Assembly: GCF_000372725.1 (NCBI RefSeq)
Contig: NW_005201912.1
Span: forward strand, 253,711-317,710
Length of the DNA: 64,000 nucleotides
Origin: Emiliania huxleyi CCMP1516
Taxonomy: Eukaryota
Direction of reading: 5' to 3'
The notes under the pieces are model-generated. The model searched no databases, was not told where the DNA came from, and saw only the letters and a list, made by a program, of their open reading frames with translations. Shown in pieces: positions 25,201 through 36,130 of the stretch; within the stretch, counting starts at the first letter, position 1, and each line of letters begins with the position of its first letter. The position numbers were made by a program, and so were the translations under genes.

Positions 25201-25760
25201 GCCGGCTCCCGCGGCGCTGGCGCCGCCGCCTCCGCCTCTCGCCTTGCGTCGGCATCTCCCGCTGCTGTAGAGGTGGCGGCGGCGGCGAGAGAGCGAGTCT
25301 GCCGACGCGGCGGCGCCACCGAATCCCGCTCGGGCACCGACGCGCTGGCCGCTGCCTCCGTCTCTTCGGTGCCGGACCGCCTCGCGGGCTTTGGCCGCCT
25401 CGCGCTGGCTGATCGCCGCACCGCCCCAGCCTGCTGTGCCTGCCTGGCGGCGTCGCGGTGCTCGATCGAGCGGTCCCGCCGCAGCGAGCGGGTCTGCCTC
25501 TGGCACGCGCGGATGAGAGCGTCGGGGCTTTCGGACACGCCGGCAGTGCCAGCGGGGCGCTGACGCGAACGGCTTCGCTGCGCAGGTCTCGAGCCAGCCA
25601 GCGCCGCCTGCTGTCTCCCGCTGTTTGCTCCAGCCGGTCCGTCGCCAGCTGTGTTGCCCTTGCCGCTGGAGGAGCGAAGAGCAGCCCGGCGCCGCAGAGG
25701 CGGCGCCTGCGAGAGCTCCGACGCCTCGGACACGCTGCTATTGCGTGCAGCACGCGACAT
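20319..25760 (-). pseudogene. Degenerate multidomain gene, probably transposon-derived: chromodomain, DEDD-exonuclease-like region, repeat expansion, Cys/His-rich tail
   Basis: Chromodomain YAVRRILALKRVWGGKLEYEIEWE...SSFEPEDNL (~24430-24595); LIAVDVVSTG...DSFHSYV (~24090-24205); tail C..C...CVVCKVNLCKKC...H. Frames are broken. Confidence 0.5.
20547..22325. repeat. About 9 degenerate ~180-200 bp GC-rich tandem units
   Basis: Recurring CACCTGTG(C/T)G(C/T)CACGGAGAGGGCGGC with (TCCTCG)n tracts. Confidence 0.9.
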
Positions 25761-26919
25761 GAAGACCGTCGCTCTCCGGTCTACCTGTCGCACAGCAACT
25801 CGTGGCAACAGCGACAAACGCAGCGGGCGCGATTTCTTTCTTCCGCCGAGAAGGCACACGCTACAAAAACAAAATTCGTAGCCACGAACGCTCAGCACTG
25901 CTCATTCTCTCTTCTCTGGTGGTCTGGCACGACTGGCAGGCAGGGGTCACGCTTGAGGCTTGTGAAGTTTGTGAGGTGAGACCGAAGGTCTCAAGGAGGT
26001 CAGGTGGGGGACGTCCTTTGAGTGCGGGTGAAGAATAGAAGGCTCAGACTCGGCACAAAGCCGCAGACATGGCCGCAACAGTGCGCGCCCGCAGCCGCCA
26101 GGTCGGTCTGGGTGAGCCGAGTGGAGGTCCACGCCAGCGGGCAGACCAGCACAAACCCGAATCCCACCAATCTGGAAGAGTTGGTCTGGTGGCGCCCGTT
26201 ATCGCCCTTGTCGCCGAGGGAGAGCGAGCAGCGCAGCACCACACAACATGCCCGGAATAGGCGTCGACGACACATCAGCAGGCGAGGCGCAAAGAAGAGG
26301 CAGAGCACGCAACACGCTGCAGCTTGGCTGTGGGCGGTCTGGCAGCAACCATCGAGCGAGCCGGCGACAAAGCCAGCGCCCTCTGTACCCAGGGTGTTGT
26401 GCGAGACTCATACGTCGTCGCGGCGAACCGCTGTGCCAAGCACCCACCTTTCCAACCCGCCGCCGACGCTCGCTCGGCTGGGTCATCGGCGAGGAGTGCC
26501 GCCGATGCAAGAGTGGGCGGTCGCAGCAGCTCGTAGCGCTTGCCATGGCTGCCGCACACCCGGGCACAGTCACAGGCCGCGACAGGGACCCTTGGGACGG
26601 GCTGAGTGCACGCTGCGGGCTCGCACAGTGTCGGCGCGAAGCAAATTTTCTCTAAGTGAACCAGGGCTCTAGTGTCCCGTGAACAGTGTTGTGGCGCGTT
26701 TAAATGTATGTAAAATGATGGACCGCGCAAAGATGTGTGTAGAATAAAATGAACTGCACACACACACACGGGGAGGTACCGTTCCTTCAACCACCAGACT
26801 CCAGAGACGTACATGGATGGAGTGTGGTCAGCACTCCGTAACTGGAGGCCACGAGAGACGGCACGTGGGTACTCAGTCCAGAGGTCCAGCTAGCACAGCG
26901 CAATCGACCCGCGGCCGAC

Positions 26920-29290
26920 TCAGTCCGAATCATCGTCGTCGTCGAGCACGACTACCTCGCCCGTCGCAGCGGGCGCCGCAGCCTCGCCGCCCTCAAAGTC
27001 GCTGTCCGCATCGGGCGGCGGCGGGCGGCGGGCTGGCTTGCTGCGAGCCCGCTTGCTCGACGCGCCGGCGGGAGGGCGCGATCGCTTCGTGGTGGGGCTC
27101 GAGGCGCCTCCGCCTGCCCGCGCGAGGCGCGGCAGCTGCGCGGCCGTCGCCGCGTCGAGCTCGAGCGCGGCGGGGAGGGCGGAGAGCGGAGCGGGCTCGG
27201 CGCCGCGGCGCAGCTGCGCGGCGAGGGTGGGCGCGAGCACGAGGTAGGCGTTGATCGAGTAGGCCGAGTACGCAAAGTGGAGGCCGAGCGAGCCGTCGAG
27301 CACGAGCCGCACGACGAGCTTCTCGAGCAGCCAGCGCCGCCACTCCGCGTTCGGCGCCTCACGGAGCTCCTCGAACCGCAGCTTGGCCGCCTCGCCGACC
27401 AGCTTGAGGGCCGTCAGCTTGGCCGGCGCCGCGCCGCCCTCGCCCTCGACGCTGGCGGCACGGTCGTTGAGCTCGCTCACCAGTCGAAGCACCGCGCGCG
27501 CCGCGCCGCCGACGGGCACCGACACGTAGGCCGCTGCTGCAGCCGCGAGACCGACCTCGGCACCGGTGGCGGTGGCGGTGGCGGTGGCGGTGGCGGGATC
27601 GGCGGCGGGATCGGCGGCGGGATCGGCGGCGGGAGAAGCCGCGGCGAGGGCACACACGTCGCAGCACGCGGCGCCGGTCGCGCGGTTCGTCGGGTGCAGC
27701 GGCTGGCCGAAGAGCGACGCGAGGCGCTCCCTGCGGCAGCAGCTCACGTCCTCGCAGTAGAGGCCCGCCGCCGTGAGCTGCGCCTAGCTGGGTTCGGGTA
27801 CTGGGTGGGTATGGGATCCTCGCCTTGTTGAGGGGCCCGCCGCCGTGAGCTGCGCCATGGCGGCGCGGCGGTCCCTCGCCTCTGCCGCCATCGAGGAGAG
27901 GCGGTACAAATCCGCGGGCCGCCACCACGCAATGACGTCCGACGGGCGCCCGTCGCGGCCGGCGCGGCCCGCCTCCTGGTAGTACGCCTCGAGCGACTTC
28001 GAGACGGTGTGGTGCAGCACGAAGCGGACGTCCGGCTTGTCAATCCCGAGCCCGAAGGCCACGGTCGCGACGACCACCTGCAGCGCCCCCTCCTCCCACG
28101 CCCGCTGCACCGCCTGCCGCGCCGCCGCCTCGAGCCCCGCGTGGTACGCCGCCGCCCGCACGCCTCTCTCGCTCAGCCCGCCTACAAGCGGCCTCGGAGA
28201 GGTCTCGGAAAGGTCTCGGAAAGGTCTCGGCACGCCTCTCTCGCTCAGCCCGCCCGCCACCCTCTCGGCGTCGGCGCGCGAGAGCGCGTACACGATGCCG
28301 GGTCGGCCGGCGTGGCGCGCGGTGGCGACGGCGGCCATCTCGTCGAGCTGCTCCGCGGGCGAGCGCTTCTGCCGCACCTCCAGCCGCATATTGGGTCGGT
28401 CGAAGTGGCCGCGGAAGTGGACTGCGCTCGCCGCGAGGCCGAGCGTGGCGGAGACGTCGGACACGACGGCGGCAGACGCGGTGGCGGTCAGCGCGAGGAT
28501 GGGGACGTTTGGGAAGGAGGCGCGGAGCGTGGAGAGGGAGAGGTAGTCGGGTCGGAAGTCGTGCCCCGCCGCGCAGCAGTGCGCCTCGTCGACGACGACG
28601 CGCTGCAGCCTGCCCGCGGCGTAGCACGTCTGCAGCTTTGCGAGCAGCAGCTTGGACTTTGCCACCCTCTCGGGCGTGACGTAGAGGAAGCGCAGCCCCG
28701 AGCCGGCGGCGTCGGCCAGCGCTGCGAGGATGGCGCTGGCCTGAGCCCGCTCGACGGCTCCCTCGGCGAGGAGCTCCGCCCGCAGCGAGAGGCGGCGGAG
28801 CGAGCGCACCTGGTCCTGCATCAGCGAGACGAGAGGCGACACGACGAGGGTGACGCCGGACGGCTCGAGCAGTGGAGGCAGCTGAAAGGTGAGCGACTTG
28901 CCTCCGCCCGTCGGCAGGATGGCAAACACGTCGCGGCCAGCAAGGCACGCGTTCACGACCTCCCTCTGCAGAGGCCGGAAGGAAGTGTGTCCGAAGCGAG
29001 ACTTTAGCAGGCGGGCAACATCGCCGTCCCACGGATGGGCGCCGGCCCAAGAGCCCTCGCCGCTGCCCGAGGCCGACGATGAGGCGGCGGATGAGGTCGA
29101 TGGGGCAGCGGCGGGCGGTGCCGTGGCGGGCGGTGCGGCGGAGGCTGCTGTTGCGAGTGTTGCTTCCCGCTCGGCAAGCTCTTGCGCGAGCGTGGCCTCC
29201 TCGCTGCGCAGCAGCGCCTGCTCTCTGCGATTCGCGGCGAGGCGACGGCGTAGCTCGTCCACGTCGGCCTGGAGCGCGTTCGACGTCGCA
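26920..29290 (-). CDS. RecQ-family DNA helicase (RECQ1-like); introns 28182-28253 and 27784-27855 (GC-AG, 72 nt each); start codon unclear
   Basis: LPTGGGKSL, YVTPER, DEAHC..GHDFRPDY, ALTATA, VATVAFGLGIDKPDVRFV, YYQEAGRAGRDG and Zn-binding YCE..CCRR...CCDVC. Confidence 0.93.
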
Positions 29291-29404
29291 AAGAGAGCTC
29301 TCAACTTGGACGAGTGCCAACACAACAACAACAAAAAGAATTCTTAAGACCAAGCCTCTCTCACAGCACAACAAAAAGAAGGGGCGCGTGCGCTAGGGCT
29401 CTTC

Positions 29405-29490
29405 CCGATCATCCGGCCCGCTGGGTGCGCTTCTTAGCTCCCCGGCCCTGGATGTGAGGCTGATGACTGCACTCCAAGTGCTCCAAGTGC
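29405..29490. repeat. Dispersed 86-bp element, copy 2
   Basis: Near-identical to 8543-8628. Confidence 0.9.
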
Positions 29491-30155
29491 TTCGCAGCCG
29501 AGACGGCTGCCAGCGGGTACCATTTTTTTGATTTTGCCGCGTGCGCGATACAACTGTCAACTCACGTCTGCACTCTAACTTCTGTTGTATGTTGTTGATG
29601 ATGAAGATGTGCATGCTGTGACTCTGGCTGCGCGCACACGTCTGACGACACCGGTTGTCACCGCCATTAAAACTTATAGTTGTGATATGTGATCGTGCGT
29701 GAACGTCGTACCGCGACGCAACTGCGCATGAACTTTCTCCGTGGCGCGTGGCGCCGTGCCCCACGACTCTCCGTGTGTCTCGACGACACGAGCGAACCGC
29801 ACCCGCGTCCCCGCGCCGCGGCGGCGCCGGCGGCGCTGACCGGGCCGTCTCGCGTGTCGCGTCTGCGGTGCGGGGGGCAGGGCGCCTTGGGCGGGGCCCC
29901 GCGCGTCTCACTCAGCACTCGCGCCTCGCAGTCCGCACCCTGTCCCTGAATTTGCCCATCGCATGTGTGTGCCTCGTGGATTGTGGACCCGTGCGCCGAG
30001 CCGCCGAGCTGGAGCTGGTCCACGCCAGCATCCAGCAGCCAGACGGCCGCACTCGCAGCGAAGCGCTCGCGAGCACGACGACTTGCGACAGTGCACTCGC
30101 GACTCGGAGCGACCGGCGAGGCCTTGACGCGAATGGTAGTCACGGCCGTGTGCGC

Positions 30156-30803
30156 TCACCAGAAGTCGGGGAAGCGCGGGTCGTTGTCTTCGTCGGGCGT
30201 GCGCCGCGTCTTCCACTTGAGGCCGTCGGGGCCCTTGAGCGACGACGAGGCGTCGCCCTGCGTGTAGGTGTACTTCGAGTCGTATTGCGGCAGCAGGACG
30301 GCGACGTGGCGGTGGAGGTCGTTCTGGGTTGGGATGAGCTTGATGAAAGCCGCCGGCCCGAGCGACCGCGCCACGCCCGCGACGACCGCCAGCTTCTCCT
30401 GCACTTCGACGTTGGCGTTCTGGGCGACCTTCGCTTTGATCTGGTCGATGTCGTCGGGCATGACGCACACGAGGCGCAGCGCGCTCATCGCGAGACGGCC
30501 GACGTCGATCTTGGCCGTGGACGTCTTGCCCGTCATGATGGCGGCAACTCGGTGCGCGACGGCCTCCTCGCCGGCACCCATCATCATCAGCCACTTGAGC
30601 GCCTCAGTGGCCTCCTTGGGCGAGGCGCCGGCCGCGCCGTTGGGAGCCGCCGTCTTGGCCTGCGAGACACCAGAGGAGCGGGCGCATTGTGGGTGTGCAC
30701 CGCGCGCCGCGCAGTGGCTAGGCTCGGCGCGCGCGCGGGCGCGTCCGAGCACCTTGACGGCCTTGCCCTTGCCCTTGCCCTTGGCGATCGTCTTCGGCGG
30801 CAT
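30156..30803 (-). CDS. Hypothetical protein or gene fragment
   Basis: ORF from MPPKTIAKG with coding-like codon usage; no motif recognised. Confidence 0.35.
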   Translation of the reverse strand: MPPKTIAKGKGKGKAVKVLGRARARAEPSHCAARGAHPQCARSSGVSQAKTAAPNGAAGASPKEATEALKWLMMMGAGEEAVAHRVAAIMTGKTSTAKIDVGRLAMSALRLVCVMPDDIDQIKAKVAQNANVEVQEKLAVVAGVARSLGPAAFIKLIPTQNDLHRHVAVLLPQYDSKYTYTQGDASSSLKGPDGLKWKTRRTPDEDNDPRFPDFW

Positions 30804-32564
30804 CGTTGGCGGCGCGCGTGTCGTCAACGTGAAGCTTGCTGGTGAAAAGAATTTTACACGGGCGTCGCACAACACTGGGCACGGGAGCAGGAGAACTAGG
30901 AGAGCGCAACCAGTAGGAGGCCCGCGCCTGCCCCCGTGCCGCCGGTTGCAACCTGTCCTATACGAGAGAGGAATCCCTGGGACCCTGTCGTGTGGGTGAA
31001 CCCTGCCCAGCCCCCCTCCGTGTCGCGATGCGCTCCCCGCTCCCGTTCCCCTGTGTCCCTGATCGTCCTTACAAGATCCTGCTCGTGCAGGTGGGGACCC
31101 TGTCCTTCTCCCACCCCTTGTTTGGTGTGTCCGTTTTATTTATTTATTTATTTTGGGCACGGGACTGGCCGGATGAAAAGAATCTTAGGGCGAAAGAAGT
31201 TAGACGTCAAGCACTGCGGGAGCTGTCGAGTGCTGAGATGGTTTACGGCTAGGTTCACGGAGGGTACTCCTGCTCGGCTCGGCTCGTACCAGCGCGGGCG
31301 CCCGCGCCGCGCGCTCTGTCCGCTGAACGCTTCCGCACGGCGGACGGCGCACGCGCACCGGCCACACTCGCTAGGCTGACCGTTGAGTGCCCGCGCTGTA
31401 CTTTTTAGAGCGCACCACACAACAGGAGAAAGAACCGGCCCGGCCCGGCCCCCAGCTCTGTGCCAGTGCTCTCCCCGTCGCCACCCTAGCTTATGTGCGC
31501 GACAAGCCGAACCGGACAGACACAAGACAGATGCCCGCATCGCCGCGGGTACGCTGAGAGGAGATACCGCGCCGCACGACCAAACAGACGAGACACAAAG
31601 GCAGCGCATGTGGCGACTGGCATGGCGCTTTTGCTTTTTTTGCGAGACGCACGTTTTCCCCAACTTGGTGGGGTGTGCTGAAAGGCTAAAAGCAATTTAC
31701 AAACATGTTCATGTAGAAACTCTTGCTACTTTCTGGGGGTCTTTGTGGGTGATTTTTTTGGTAAAAAAAAAGCTTAGAACTCAGAACTCATACCATTACA
31801 TGCTAGTACGGTGGGTCCGAGACGATTCGAGACTTGCGAAAGCATCTCGTGTGTGCAGCGCAGCTTTCCCTCCGACTTGCAAAACTCACGGTCCTGTGAC
31901 CCCGTACATCTTCGAGACTGGTTCAGCCCCGCGGTGGACTAGTCACACGCCCGGACAGGCTTACACGCAGCCTGCAACAGACTCATGCAGATTCCTCGAT
32001 CCCACACCCTCCCGCCGCGGCCGACGCCTCCAGCCTCGACAGTAGGCCGGCATCAGCCGCAAGCGTCACTTTCTTAATGGGAGACGCTCAGGCCCCGGGC
32101 GGCGATCCACGGTAGCCGCCCGACCCAGTCGCGCTTAGCTAGCCGCGACCAAACTCGCTGTCCTTCTCGCTGTCGGTCTCGCTCTACGCGCCGATGGCGA
32201 AGCGGGGGCCCTGCTGGCCGGTGAAGACACGGCTGGGGCCGCCGAAGGTCCCATCGCCGTCGATGACCTCGCCGTCGAGCGCTTTACTACACGCACGCTT
32301 GACTGCTTTACTACACACACGCTTTCGTGCCGTGCTCGGCGCAATGGTGGTGGCCTGTTGCCACATGCCCGGCCACTTTGTATGATGTCATGCGATTGTC
32401 CCAGATTGTGGCATTGGGGTGCGCTTCGAGCAGACCAACAAGAATAATGCATTCAAAATACATTGTGTGCCAGTGGCCTGGTGCCACAGCAGTACAGCGC
32501 TGCTGGAGCCTGGCCATATCCAGTAGCTCGCCACAGCCGCCCTCGTATGCCCTCACAATCTGCA

Positions 32565-33404
32565 TCACCGATCGTGCGGCCGCATGTGAAACCACCTGCA
32601 CACGTCAACAGTTTTGGGGCTCACCCGGGCGTCGCACAGAAGCATGATCCACTCGTGGCCTCGATGGCATGCGAAGCATGCGCGTGAACACGCGCGCGCA
32701 TGGTGCACGCACAAAGGCACACTGACGACACGCATGTGTGTAGGGGAGTGCGTGGTATAGGTCGGAGGGGGGGGGTCTGCAACGTGCAGCTGTGCTAAAT
32801 CTTGAGCATGATTATGACACATACGGCCGCACACCCATCCTTTGTCGTCAAAGTCGAAAGTGCTAACCTCCTGATCGGAGGGGCGACGACACCCAATGAA
32901 TGCAGGAGTTATCCAAGCGCGTGCAAAGTCATAGCTTGCAGGCACGGCGCTGCGGAAGTTTGTGAGCAAATCAAACCGGTGGCGCACCACAAAGGCGTGT
33001 CTCACATTGTGCTGCTCCTCGAATGCCACCATCAATCGGAAAGCGCGGCGGACGCCCTCAAACTGCACCAAAAACGTACAGCCACGGGCCGGCATGGTCT
33101 TGCACTTCAGAGATGGAGTGCACTGGAACGGGCCGCTACTGTATATCTCATACGCAGCAGGAGAAAGGGCGCGCAAACCGTCGATCAGAGTGGCCGGGGT
33201 TGGCCCGCTGTGATGCAAGCTGGCAAATACGTTCGTAGGACCAGGTTTGCCGTTGCCGTCCAGGTGCTGGCGCAACTGCCGGGCTGTCACGGTGTTCAGC
33301 AATGGCGCTCCGCCTGAAAGGCAGACCGCAAAGAGGACCGTCGTGGTGAAGCCGCGTGGGACCGGAGGCGTTGCGTTCTCGGCTTGCGCAGCGGGCGCCA
33401 GCAT
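32565..33404 (-). CDS. Hypothetical protein, possibly glycosyltransferase-like; 3' end uncertain
   Basis: AVCLSG...FEEQHNVRHAFVVRHRFDL pattern; weak by-eye resemblance only. Confidence 0.35.
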   Translation of the reverse strand: MLAPAAQAENATPPVPRGFTTTVLFAVCLSGGAPLLNTVTARQLRQHLDGNGKPGPTNVFASLHHSGPTPATLIDGLRALSPAAYEIYSSGPFQCTPSLKCKTMPARGCTFLVQFEGVRRAFRLMVAFEEQHNVRHAFVVRHRFDLLTNFRSAVPASYDFARAWITPAFIGCRRPSDQEVSTFDFDDKGWVCGRMCHNHAQDLAQLHVADPPPPTYTTHSPTHMRVVSVPLCVHHARACSRACFACHRGHEWIMLLCDARVSPKTVDVCRWFHMRPHDR

Positions 33405-33848
33405 CTTAGCGCAGCGCGACTCGCCCAGCGAATCCGCCTCCGCCTCTGTCTCTTACCTTGCAGTGTGATCGTCCGGCGGGCGAAAAAAAGCTCCGGACGG
33501 ACCTAGCGCTATGGTGTCCTCGTTCCCCTCACCCAAGCCCGACTCTGTACAGTAGCATAGCCATCACGTGGGACTCCTGCGACCCGACGTACAAAGTACC
33601 CCGCCCTCGCACTCTCACACACACGTACGCACGCAGGAGCACGCACCGGCCAGACGGCCGCGCATGAGCGATGAGGCTGCGACCCGTGTGCAGGGCACCG
33701 CACCGCACACGACGGGCGGACCACGCACGCAGACCAGAGACCTCACGGGTCACGCACGACTAGTCCTCTCGTTGTGTCACACGTGGGCGTGCGGCTCCGG
33801 GCGGAAGTGCGGCCCCGGAGCGGCTGTGTGCGCCCGCGTCGCACGGTG

Positions 33849-33935
33849 GCGCGGCTCATCAGATCATGCGCGGCTCATCAGATCATGCGCGGCTCATCAG
33901 ATCATGCGCGGCTCATCAGATCATGCGCGGCTCAT
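33849..33935. repeat. 19-bp tandem repeat (GCGGCTCATCAGATCATGC) x~4.5
   Basis: Read directly. Confidence 0.95.
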
Positions 33936-34941
33936 TCTCCTTGCGCGTCTGGCGCGTGGAGGGGCGCGTGGCGCGGCCCATGCCCAGCGAGCCCTTTGCG
34001 CGCCCGTTGCTGTCGCCGAGCGGCTCCGCGGCCCCACCACCCTTGGGGCCCTGCTCCATTCCAACCTCCTGCGCGCCACGAGCGCTCGCGGTCGCCTCCG
34101 CGCCCATCGCACCGGCCGCCGGCGCCTCTGCCGGCGCCTCCGTCGGTGGCGGCGCCTCGGCCTCAAGGCCATACGCGCCGAGCAGCCGGGCGAGGAGCAC
34201 CGGCTTGAGGCCGTCGGTGGGCAGGCCACGCGCCGAGAGCGACGCGCGCAACTCGGCCACCCGCATCGCCTTGACCTCCTTGATGGCCGCGCACGTGGCC
34301 GCCGACGGCGCCGACGGCGCGGTGGCGACTTCCGGCGGCGCGGGCGGCGACGCGCCCGCGTCGCTGTCGGTCTCGGCCATCTCGTCGCGATCTCGCTCCA
34401 TCGACCGCATCCACGCCACCTGACTGAGGACCGTCGTCGGTGGCTTCTTGTTGGTCGGCACCGGCCTGCCACCGTGGCACGCTCGAGACACCGAAAGCAG
34501 TGAGCAGCGGCGGCAGCAGCAGCGGCTGCAGTGCCACAGCAGCGGCAGCGGCTGTGCCGCAGCAGCAGCAGCGGCGGTGCCACAGTAGCAGCAGCGGCGG
34601 CGCCGCAGCAGCAGTAGCGGCTCGGCCGTGCGGGCCGGTGGGCCACGTACGCGGCCTTGCCCTTGACGAGGAACTTGGCGGTCTCGGGCGGCGGGCCGTC
34701 GGGCGGCGGTACGAACGGTTGGTATCTCAGGTCCACCGGCGCGGCCGTTGGCGCGGCCGCAGATCCACTCGGGCTGCTCCACGCGTGCGGCGCGGTGCTC
34801 CTCCGCCACGCGCAGCGCGGCGGCGCTCAAGAGGGGCGCCTGCTCGTCGATGAAGCTTGAAGGCGACGAGCAGGAGCTGAGCTCTGGCGAGAGGCCCGAG
34901 AGGCGGGCGCCGATGCGGTGGGAGGCCACATACACAGACAT
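33916..34941 (-). CDS. SAP-domain-containing protein or fragment; structure uncertain
   Basis: VKAMRVAELRASLSARGLPTDGLKPVLLARL matches the SAP consensus (~34185-34280). Confidence 0.55.
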   Translation of the reverse strand: MSVYVASHRIGARLSGLSPELSSCSSPSSFIDEQAPLLSAAALRVAEEHRAARVEQPEWICGRANGRAGGPEIPTVRTAARRPAARDRQVPRQGQGRVRGPPARTAEPLLLLRRRRCCYCGTAAAAAAAQPLPLLWHCSRCCCRRCSLLSVSRACHGGRPVPTNKKPPTTVLSQVAWMRSMERDRDEMAETDSDAGASPPAPPEVATAPSAPSAATCAAIKEVKAMRVAELRASLSARGLPTDGLKPVLLARLLGAYGLEAEAPPPTEAPAEAPAAGAMGAEATASARGAQEVGMEQGPKGGGAAEPLGDSNGRAKGSLGMGRATRPSTRQTRKENEPRMI

Positions 34942-36130
34942 CCTTTCAACTTTTCTTTTTTCTAGAGACGTCAGAGGAAGAAATATTAATCCTCGGGCGG
35001 CGGAGCGGCGCGGCGGCGGGCAGCGCGAGGCGGCGGCGCGGCGAGGCAGCGGGCGGCGCAGGGCGGGGCGGCGCGGCGGCGGGCGGGGCGGAGCGGGGCG
35101 GCGCGGCCATCAGCAGACGCCCGGGCCTTTGGTCCCTGGAGCTCGGCAATGGTCGCGCCGCCCTCGACTCAAAAGGGGCTGCCTTCCACGCGTCGCTGCT
35201 CAGGCCGGGGGAGGGGGGGAGACCTCCTGTTCCTCGCGGAACGGGAGCAAGCCCCTCCTTGCCCGGTCTGCGAAGCAGGGCGGTGGTCGTGCCATCTTGG
35301 CTTCACAACGAGCACGCCGCAACCGTCGCCGGCGCGCGACACGTTCCCGTCAGCAGGACTGTCCTGGTCGAGAGTGTGTGCCGCCAAGGCGGGACCACTC
35401 GGGGACAGTGCCGACGGGACGCGGCTCGAAGGGCGTGGCTCCGCAGCGCGGCTGGCACTCGTCGCAGAGGCCTCACCTTCGAAAAGTCGGGCATGGCTCC
35501 ACCCGCAACTTTGTCGCTAACACGCGCGCACCGCCGAGCCTGCGGCGGGCGCGCTGCGGCCGCACGTCTACTTCGTCATAGTGCCACGACGTGCGGCCTA
35601 GATTTAGCCCACGCGCCTCTGCTCGCAAACACTCACCCATTTGATTGTCGCTGTCCGTGAGTGCGAGATTAGGGCTAGCCGCAGGCAGCTAGCCCATGAG
35701 GAGGGCGTCCATAGACACCTCACTAGACCCCACATACGGTCTCGTCCGTGCCTCGCAGGCCGGTGAGATTGCTAGAGGTGGAGCAAGCTGCTCTAGCCTC
35801 ACATGTCACTTCATGTCGTCTGTTGTTTGTTGTGCTCTTGTTTGTTTCTCTTGGCACCTTGGAGTGCTGGGGGGGGCGACAGGGAGGATATGGCCTTGAG
35901 TTATGTGTACGCCAACTCAGGGTGTGTGGCAGCCAGCTGGCTGTGTGTCTTGTGAGCCTTTTGTGTCTGTGTGTCGCTCGTGCGTGTCGTCATCATCTGT
36001 CCAGCGTCCACCCATACCGCGTTGGTGTCCAGTCCGAGCCTGGCTGTTCTTCACCTTTCTACCTACCTACCTACTCAGAGGGCGAAAAAAAGGAACACAG
36101 AAATTACTTCTCTACAATCACCTCTGGCTA

